Below are positions 1-6,186 of a stretch of 12,022 nt of DNA, in pieces. Numbering within the stretch: position 1 is the first letter of the stretch; the number at the start of each line of letters is the position of its first letter. The stretch is from Bdellovibrionota bacterium FG-2 (GTDB taxonomy: Bacteria > Bdellovibrionota > UBA1018). The notes under the pieces were generated by a model, which saw only the letters and a program-made list of their open reading frames with translations, was not told the origin of the DNA and did not search any database. The stretch lies in assembly GCA_051382305.1 (NCBI GenBank), contig JBBCAV010000206.1, positions 1 through 12,022 on the forward strand, in the 5' to 3' direction. Position numbers and translations under genes: made by a program.

Positions 1-172
1 AATAACACGACAATTTTCTACTGCTTTTTTCGCGCTACCGCTACAATGACCACAGTGCCACGCAAAATAGATCCAAAGGTTTCCCACTAGCGGTCACCTC
101 TCCGAAGGTCACAGCGGTCATGCAGTTAGCTTGAAACCATATTTGCAACGTGGTTGCGATTGAACATTTGAA

Positions 173-201
173 AACAGAAAATTCACACAAAAACATGTCA
201 A
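173..201 (-). promoter_or_regulatory. possible sigma70 promoter firing leftwards out of the window
   Basis: Minus strand reads TTGACA (201-196), 17 nt, TCTGTT (178-173), preceded by an A-rich tract (AAAAATAAAAAAAGTG). The -35 is perfect but the -10 is poor. Confidence 0.3.
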
Positions 202-244
202 CACTTTTTTTATTTTTATGAAAATAAATTAGACGGCTGGCCAA

Positions 245-329
245 TTACGCCAGAACAATTCCAGCGATAGCAAAGAGCGGCAATCTCGTTTTGCGGTAAA
301 ACCAATCTTTAAGCCTCATAAAGCCTCAT
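245..329 (-). pseudogene. N-terminal stub of a membrane protein (possibly a sensor kinase), truncated
   Basis: Directly after the SBP stop the minus strand reads GGAG-att-ATG(329). A second ATG at 319 gives MRLKDWFYRKTRLPLFAIAGIVLA then TAA (247-245): a basic N-region plus the start of a hydrophobic helix. A 10-nt tandem duplication spans the start. Identity as a sensor kinase is inferred from context only. Confidence 0.4.
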
Positions 330-330
330 A
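311..330. repeat. perfect 10-nt tandem duplication AAGCCTCATA x2
   Basis: Positions 311-320 and 321-330 are identical. Confidence 0.9.
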
Positions 331-336
331 ATCTCC

Positions 337-1872
337 CTATTTCAGCCGAAAAACATCAAGGTGCCCATAATTGCGCTGCATAAGATCGGAGTTCGCTTCA
401 ACGCGATCCCGCTTTATAATCGCAACGGCGCGACTAAAGCCAAGGTGCACAAATGGCACTTCTTCTAGTGCCACTCTAGAAACGTTTTTATAATGCGAAT
501 CCAACACCTCTTGATCAAGAAGTTTTCGTCCATCTTCAAGTAGGGCGCCCACTTTTTTCCGATAGATAGTGGGAGCCAGAATTGATCCTCGCTCGCCCAG
601 TGCATGGTAGATTCCGTCGGGGTCACCATTTAGGACGCTGAAGGTGGTTGCAAGGAGATCATAGTCCTGTCGATTGTACATGTAGTTGAAGTGCTCGCCC
701 TGGGGAATCGGCCCTGACTTTTCGGACACCGAAACGCCTGTTTTCTTCAACTCATCAGTCACCCAAAATCCAATAGGATCCGAGATGAAGTGAATTGGGT
801 GCTCTTTAGACGCTTCAATCAATTCAGGAATGAATTTCTCACCTTCTTTGATGATCTTCTCCGCCTCGGCGCGATCAAGGCGTCCAGCCTGCGCGGGAAG
901 AAAGACCTGTGGATCTAGCGAAAAATACTCCTTGGCTCCAATCAGCGTTGGTTCGCGCGAAAGACGGCTATAAATTATGAATTGCAGAGCACGCCTAAGA
1001 TTCGAATTCTCAAAAAGATGGCCCGGCATCCCATTAACATTAAGAACGATATGAATAGCCTCAGGGCCTGGCAACACTTGAAGATCGGGTTGCGCAGCAA
1101 CGTCGGAGAAAATTCGTGACCCCATCGTATACGCCATCGCGTCAATGCGATTTTCCAGTAGCGCCGCCTTCGCGTCTCTTGACCAGACAAGGGACAACTC
1201 CACCGGCCCAAGCTCCTTGGCTTCTGGATTGTATGGATTCGGTGTGAGCTTCAGAGTATTGGGAGAGGTCTCCTCGATTACAAATTTCCCAGTACCTATC
1301 AATTTACTGCCAACATTACGATAGGCCGACAACCTCGCACCATCGAAGTAATCTAGGGCCATTCGAAAAGGGCGTTTGAATCGAACGCGTAGGGTTCCGT
1401 CATCGACCACAAGAATCCCGGAGATAGTCTTATTTTGCTCAAAATTCTCAAAGCCTTCAATCTGATAGAGGGTGTCTAAAAGGCTACTATTGGCGGATTT
1501 TGGCTGCAAACGATAAGACTCCTCCCAAGAGCGTTTAAAATCATCAGCCTTAAGTGGCGATCCGTCCGAAAAGCGCTTGGATGGGTCGATTTTGAAAATG
1601 AACTCTCTATAGTCCTTTGAAATGCTCCAAGACTTTGCGCCACAAGGCTGAAGCACCCCTTGTTCGTTTGTTCCGACCAGCGTATCGAATTGATTCGACA
1701 ATACCAGTCCCGCCCAAAGAGTGTGCTGCAGTCCGGGATGGAGAGACTTCCATTCGCCGCCAATTCCCAGACGGATAGTACGGGAGCGGTCCAAATGTTT
1801 TTGTATGAGGGTAACCATTGCAATTCCTCCAAGCGCCAGAATCAAAATCAGAAGCCATTTTCTTTTGAGCAT
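337..1872 (-). CDS. family 5 (OppA/DppA-like) extracytoplasmic solute-binding protein, orphan, with N-terminal hydrophobic anchor/signal
   Basis: 511 aa with the family-5 pattern FDTLV...AKSWSISKDYREFIFKI...FSDGSPLKADD, plus DDGTLRVRFKRP, IGTGKFVI, LTPNPY and C-terminal ALEEVPFVHL. No permease or ATPase genes are present in the window. Confidence 0.9.
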   Translation of the reverse strand: MLKRKWLLILILALGGIAMVTLIQKHLDRSRTIRLGIGGEWKSLHPGLQHTLWAGLVLSNQFDTLVGTNEQGVLQPCGAKSWSISKDYREFIFKIDPSKRFSDGSPLKADDFKRSWEESYRLQPKSANSSLLDTLYQIEGFENFEQNKTISGILVVDDGTLRVRFKRPFRMALDYFDGARLSAYRNVGSKLIGTGKFVIEETSPNTLKLTPNPYNPEAKELGPVELSLVWSRDAKAALLENRIDAMAYTMGSRIFSDVAAQPDLQVLPGPEAIHIVLNVNGMPGHLFENSNLRRALQFIIYSRLSREPTLIGAKEYFSLDPQVFLPAQAGRLDRAEAEKIIKEGEKFIPELIEASKEHPIHFISDPIGFWVTDELKKTGVSVSEKSGPIPQGEHFNYMYNRQDYDLLATTFSVLNGDPDGIYHALGERGSILAPTIYRKKVGALLEDGRKLLDQEVLDSHYKNVSRVALEEVPFVHLGFSRAVAIIKRDRVEANSDLMQRNYGHLDVFRLK

Positions 1873-1889
1873 GGGCTATAAGCTTCTCA

Positions 1890-2246
1890 CTATTGGCCCC
1901 AACCGCCGCCGCCGCTTCCTACCATCGAGCTGATATTCTTCTCGTTTATCTGGAGAAGCCGGTTCTTTATCAATGTCTGAAGGGCCAGATCGAACTTGGC
2001 ATTTAGCTCTTTTTCATCCTTTATCGCGCTGACCTTACTGAAACGCGCAAAAGCCTCGTCCATAGTCGTCTCTGTCTCAAAGTCCTTAAAGAGTTGTCCC
2101 TTAATCTTGAGGGCATCACCTAAGAGAATTCCATTTTGGACCTCTCCTTCCATCGCCGAGAGCTCTGAGGTCGCAGCAAGTGAGATCGATGCTACCGGCA
2201 TCACCGCTAGGGCGGTGAGAATCAACTTACGAAATCGCAGCTTCAT
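1890..2246 (-). CDS. 118-aa exported protein; putative RiPP precursor with PqqD/RRE-like body and C-terminal GSGGGGWGQ tail
   Basis: Start reassigned from 2402 to ATG 2246 because GAAGGAG lies 7 nt upstream. The N-terminus MKLRFRKLILTALAVMPVASISLA is a Sec-type signal ending S-L-A. The gene overlaps the rSAM stop by 20 nt. The CDS is well supported; the precursor role is inference. Confidence 0.8.
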   Translation of the reverse strand: MKLRFRKLILTALAVMPVASISLAATSELSAMEGEVQNGILLGDALKIKGQLFKDFETETTMDEAFARFSKVSAIKDEKELNAKFDLALQTLIKNRLLQINEKNISSMVGSGGGGWGQ

Positions 2247-3321
2247 AAAAATACTCCTTCTTGATTTGGGTTTGAGTTTTGGGGACCAACCAACAGCCCG
2301 GATCGGCTGCCAGATAATCCCCGGTTTCGGCATAGGCCGCATTGCGATCACCGCCGCAGCGATCAAAATGGGGGCACTCCCCACAGACTTTGATTTGGCC
2401 ACGGCGAAGGTTCACAAAAATAGGATGATTGAAGAAAAGTGTTTCAAGTCTATTTCCTAGGGCGCTCCCCAATGCCAAGCGTGAGCGACTTGAAGCAAGG
2501 AGGCTGCCCTGATAGTCAATGACGAGCCCCTCCCAAAAACGACCACTTCGCCCAAGTCCAGGATGCAGGAGTGTATAGAGGGGATGATTGGTGTGAGTCT
2601 TTACGCCCGTTCTGGCGGATTCGATTAAGATGGATTGATAGGCGCGTTTTAGGGCTTCGGGGGATAGCGAGATGTTCTTATCTCCCGGCTGCTTGGGCTG
2701 GATAAGGCGAGTGAAGCTCATATGAGAAACACCCACATTTTTTGCCAGCTCAAAGAATGCTGGAATCTGGGGGGCGCTTCGTTGATCCAGGATAGCCTGG
2801 AAATAGGCGGAAACCCCATTTGCTTTAAGATACCGAGCACACGCAACAGCTTTATCGAAACTTCCGGAGCCACGAATTGAGTCGTGCGATTTTGCGTCCG
2901 GCGCATCCAAACTGATTTGGATAGAAACCTCAGGGAAGAGCTTCAACAATTCGGGGCTCAGGCGCTCAGGCAATGTGCCATTGGTCAGAATTACGATGCG
3001 GGTCTTATGATCTTTCGCGTGGATCCAATCCAAAAGCGGGCGAAAATGGGGACTCAATGATGGCTCCCCTCCGCAGAGGAGGACCATCGGGCGAAACCTG
3101 AGCCGCGCAATCATCGTATAATATTGCTCTAGGATGTCGATCCACTCAGGCAGATCAATCGCTCCTTCATTTGAATGGTTGGGGTGATAGCAGTGGGCGC
3201 ACCGAAGGTTACAAAGATTGGTAATATCGAGCTGGATTGGCAGATACCGATCTACATCGATCCAAACCAGGATCTCGTTTTCAATGCGTCGGAGAATGCG
3301 AGGTAAAAGAGAGGGAATCAC
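2227..3321 (-). CDS. radical SAM / SPASM-domain protein, putative peptide maturase
   Basis: Contains CNLRCAHC (C37-x3-C41-x2-C44), GGEP, ILTNG, QISLD...HDSIRGSGSF and a C-terminal C313-x2-C316-x5-C322...DPGC343. The GTG start overlaps the upstream TGA (GTGA coupling). Confidence 0.93.
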   Translation of the reverse strand: MIPSLLPRILRRIENEILVWIDVDRYLPIQLDITNLCNLRCAHCYHPNHSNEGAIDLPEWIDILEQYYTMIARLRFRPMVLLCGGEPSLSPHFRPLLDWIHAKDHKTRIVILTNGTLPERLSPELLKLFPEVSIQISLDAPDAKSHDSIRGSGSFDKAVACARYLKANGVSAYFQAILDQRSAPQIPAFFELAKNVGVSHMSFTRLIQPKQPGDKNISLSPEALKRAYQSILIESARTGVKTHTNHPLYTLLHPGLGRSGRFWEGLVIDYQGSLLASSRSRLALGSALGNRLETLFFNHPIFVNLRRGQIKVCGECPHFDRCGGDRNAAYAETGDYLAADPGCWLVPKTQTQIKKEYFYEAAIS

Positions 3322-3548
3322 TTTGGAGTGCCAGCCTTTATCGCCTCTTTGAGGGATCTTAAGTGACCGAGACTTGAGTGGAGACTTTTAAGCGACGCTT
3401 GGTAATATGTGGAACCGCTTTCCTCGCCATCACACTGCGTCTCGTGGATATCGGAAAATACAGCATCACAAACCGTTTGCAGGGCGCCTAGTCCGGCACG
3501 GAGATCATGATAGATTCTTTCAAGCTCTGGCAAAGTGTTCGTCGTCAT
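3318..3548 (-). CDS. 76-aa stand-alone HisKA/DHp-like helical protein
   Basis: AGGAG lies 8 nt before ATG 3548 and the stop is coupled to the rSAM start. It has an H-box-like IYHDLRAGLGAL and a second amphipathic helix (SLKSLHSSLGHLRSL). No ATPase domain. Confidence 0.65.
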   Translation of the reverse strand: MTTNTLPELERIYHDLRAGLGALQTVCDAVFSDIHETQCDGEESGSTYYQASLKSLHSSLGHLRSLKEAIKAGTPK

Positions 3549-4317
3549 TGCATGTGCTCCTGTTTTTAGGTTTCTTCTCGACGGGTATTTTTCGTTTCAA
3601 AAGACGTCTGTTTTCCTGACGAGTGAGCGCCGTCTTAAGGCGGGAACTAATGCCACTCTCTGACATCTTAAGTGCCGCAGCCACATCGCGATTTTTTGGG
3701 TATTTTGCCTTAGCGCTTTCCATGATTTTATCGCCGAACATTTCAATCAGTGCAGTGAATCCAGGAAACCCAGGACCCTCAATATCAAATTCTGATTTCA
3801 TCAGCTGATTTGCGGTTATAACCCCCTCAACATGATCCGTAGCAGATGTTTTCCTTATGCCCGTAAAGAGGTACGAAATCATTCGCCAGTTACTAAAATC
3901 TGGCTTTCTGTCTCGATCACGAGGAGAGAGAGCAAACATACGACTCAAGAGGTGGTTAATTCCACGGACATTGCCCTCGGGAGGATTATCCATTACCTCT
4001 TGAATGAAATCTTGAGGGAGATCTTCGTAGCCAACGATCACACCGGCTTCACGCGCCACCGCAGGAATGCGAGAACGAATAAGCTCTGGAATATCTTCTT
4101 TTCGCTCCGCCAGACTTGGCATTTTAGCAACAAAGGTCGAAATCCGCATATAAAGGTCTTCACGGAACTCCCCATTCTTGACCGATAGGAATTCTAATCG
4201 CAGCGGCCGAAGGAGTTCAGACATAGCGATCATCACCCCGACTGCACTAATGAGATCAAAAATGTTGAGCCCCAGTACCGATCCATTGTCATTTAGGTTT
4301 CTTGCGCCGAACACCAT
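3520..4317 (-). pseudogene. in-frame chimera: VirB3-like N-terminus fused to the C-terminal half of a sigma54-dependent enhancer-binding protein with HTH
   Basis: The likely start is ATG 4317, 1 nt after the pilin stop. The first ~45 aa (ARNLNDNGSVLGLNIFDLISAVGVMIAM) are hydrophobic and sit in the VirB3 position. From ~4182 the sequence matches bEBP motifs: VKNGEFREDLYMRI, MPSLAERKEDIPELI, PEGNVRGI and a Fis-type HTH NRDVAAALKMSESGISSRLK. Walker A, GAFTGA and Walker B are absent. Confidence 0.75.
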
Positions 4318-4318
4318 A

Positions 4319-4624
4319 TCAACCCCCAAATATCATGCGAAACAGGCCAATTAGGCTGGGTCCGGCAAAACAAAGTCCAGCACCGATAAGGCCACCAATG
4401 ATCGTACCTCTCGCGAACATCACTGCTCCCGAAATTTGGTAGATCGCAGCCCCGCAAAGAATCCCAAGCACACTCAAAGCCTTCGCAATTGAGGTTGCTT
4501 GAGTAACTGCCCCATCCGCTGCCGACGATAAGTCTCGTGCAGCAAAGCTTAAAATGGGGAAGATCAATGCAAGAGCAATGCTCCAAAGAACTCCCTTCAA
4601 ACTCTGTGGTTTAATTCTTTTCAT
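4319..4624 (-). CDS. TrbC/VirB2-like conjugative pilin
   Basis: 101 aa with a long signal peptide (ending S-F-A) followed by two Gly/Ala-rich hydrophobic helices. AGGAGG RBS. Located in an SSB/lipoprotein operon next to an integrase. Confidence 0.65.
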   Translation of the reverse strand: MKRIKPQSLKGVLWSIALALIFPILSFAARDLSSAADGAVTQATSIAKALSVLGILCGAAIYQISGAVMFARGTIIGGLIGAGLCFAGPSLIGLFRMIFGG

Positions 4625-4627
4625 ATT

Positions 4628-5173
4628 CTATTTTCCTCCTTCGGAAATCGCTGGTTTTCCCAGCGGGTTTAGTTGTGGTTGATGAAATCTAAAGAGCAGA
4701 TCCTGGTGAACGAGTTCGCTTTCTCCGGCTCTTCCCCATCGATCAACGTGGTACAAGCTCCATTCACCAGGGGTAATAAGGTTTTTGAATTTTTCTGGAA
4801 GTGGTTTGGATAGCCCCAAGCGATTTGTCGCGATCAATTCCGGGGCGATTTCGGCGTTCATTGCAGCAAGTTCTTTTTCTAGCTTCATTGCCTTTGTTTC
4901 CGCCTCATGTCTTTTTGCATCTTCATCGAAGATGAAAAGCCCCAAAGCGCCCGTGCTAGCGGCACTCAGACCGCCCCATAAAGCCGCATGAGCAAGCTTG
5001 CGCTCATCTGAGGGCGCCAATACCGCACCAATCGTCCCTGCTGTGACTGCAGAGACAGTCATCAGGGTTAACGTCTTGGAGCGGTTACTCATTGTTGAGC
5101 ACCCCCAGGAACAACTTAAGAGTCCCAGCCCCAGGAATAACGAAACGAATTGGTGCGCGTATTGGTTCTTCAT
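4628..5173 (-). CDS. lipoprotein with glycine-zipper helices and coiled coil, probably conjugation-associated
   Basis: AAAGGAGG RBS; lipobox candidates LLSC / SWGC; hydrophobic AVTAGTIGAVLA and ALWGGLSAASTGALGLFIF; coiled segment AKRHEAETKAMKLEKELAAM. Confidence 0.75.
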   Translation of the reverse strand: MKNQYAHQFVSLFLGLGLLSCSWGCSTMSNRSKTLTLMTVSAVTAGTIGAVLAPSDERKLAHAALWGGLSAASTGALGLFIFDEDAKRHEAETKAMKLEKELAAMNAEIAPELIATNRLGLSKPLPEKFKNLITPGEWSLYHVDRWGRAGESELVHQDLLFRFHQPQLNPLGKPAISEGGK

Positions 5174-5185
5174 ATAGCCTCCTTT

Positions 5186-5566
5186 CTAGAGTGATGTAGG
5201 CGCGGTTGATTCAACCGTTACCTTGGGTAAAAGCTTTGAATAGTTGATGTCGTCGGCTAGAACCTCAAACGCCCACAGCATTCTTCCGTCTGCGGTTTCG
5301 TACTGATACGTCTTGAGTGTCCCCGTAACTGACACGCGATCTCCTTTCTTAAGCGTGCCCTTCACGCGAGAGCCTAGGTTTCCGAAGCTTCGGATCGGAA
5401 ACCAGTTTGTGTGAACCTGCTCGTATTGTTTCGTTTTCTCGTTTAGCTTTGAGATGCTCTCGGCTAGCGAGAAGGTAACGACACCGTTTGAGTCCTCACT
5501 TTTTTTGTAGTGCTCGGGGTCCGACCCGATGTTTCCCGTAACTACGACCTGATTTGTTGTACTCAT
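5186..5566 (-). CDS. ssb: single-stranded DNA-binding protein (126 aa, no acidic tail)
   Basis: OB-fold motifs NQVVVTGNIGSDPE, VTFSLA, TNWF and LKKGDRVSVTGTLKT. Start reassigned to ATG 5566 because AAGGAG lies 8 nt upstream. Confidence 0.92.
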   Translation of the reverse strand: MSTTNQVVVTGNIGSDPEHYKKSEDSNGVVTFSLAESISKLNEKTKQYEQVHTNWFPIRSFGNLGSRVKGTLKKGDRVSVTGTLKTYQYETADGRMLWAFEVLADDINYSKLLPKVTVESTAPTSL

Positions 5567-5669
5567 TGCATTGTCTCCTTCTTTGTTTATAGTTTTACGT
5601 TCACTGCTCACTGGCCTTCACCAATGACACTTTCAAAAGTTCGTCCAAGCACCGAGACCCTGCCCTTGA

Positions 5670-6149
5670 TTTGGACGGGAGGGTATCCGGGTTCGCAAAA
5701 GTTGGAGCACTCGCTTCAAAAAGGCTGGGCCAACTAAGGCCGGATATTGGCGCACGCTGCCCGTTTCGAGTAAATTCTACTGGTTTCTGATGAAAGAGGT
5801 GAAGATTGAGGCGATCAAGCCAGATGCCTTCCTTTTTCCGAGATCTTGGGAGTGGGATCAGGGTCAACAAGCAAGTATTCTACGTGGATTCTGCCAAGCC
5901 AATCGCCTGACGTCCGTCAGGTTCCATGCACTCAGGGCCTGCTTCGCAACGCAGTTGATTGCTACGGGGATTCCAGCAACGGTAGTAATGAAGATTTGCG
6001 GATGGAAGGACATGAAGACTATGCAACGTTACATTCGCCTCGCAGGTATCGACGAGGCTGGTGCCACAGAGACGCTGCACTTCATCCCAACTGAAGCAGC
6101 AGTAATGGAAAAAGTAGGGAGCTTGTACGATCCTACGAAGCAAGGATGA
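5670..6149 (+). pseudogene. tyrosine recombinase/integrase, 5'-truncated C-terminal fragment
   Basis: The frame of ORF 5790..6149 stays open back to TGA 5667-5669 and reads IRVRKSWSTRFKKAGPTKAGYWRTLPVS...FHALRACFATQL...ICGWKDMKTMQRYIR (catalytic K, H-x-x-R, W, Y). The first catalytic Arg box and the N-terminal domains are missing. Confidence 0.88.
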
Positions 6150-6186
6150 CTAAATGGAAAAACTTTGAGATAAGATCTTTCTAGGT

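Noticed and set aside
89-120. Three GGTCA motifs (AGCGGTCA twice)
   Set aside because: Short and irregularly spaced; compatible with chance.
41-244. 67-aa ORF as an independent gene
   Set aside because: TTG start without an RBS, runs through AT-rich promoter-like DNA and has no recognisable motif. At most it continues the 245-319 stub.
2247-2402. 52-aa N-terminal extension of ORF 1890..2402
   Set aside because: It overlaps the rSAM SPASM region; ATG 2246 has a strong RBS and begins a signal peptide.
1996-2460. 154-aa plus-strand ORF
   Set aside because: Antisense shadow of the precursor and rSAM genes with no motifs.
3520-4329. Functional full-length sigma54 activator
   Set aside because: Walker A, GAFTGA and Walker B are absent, and the N-terminus is unrelated hydrophobic sequence.
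5747-5760. TTGGCGCACGCTGC as a sigma54 promoter
   Set aside because: GG-to-GC spacing is 8 rather than 10, and it lies within integrase coding sequence.
5601-5870. 89-aa minus-strand ORF
   Set aside because: Mostly antisense to the integrase fragment. Its last codons might be the 3' remnant of a deleted gene, but nothing supports a specific frame.
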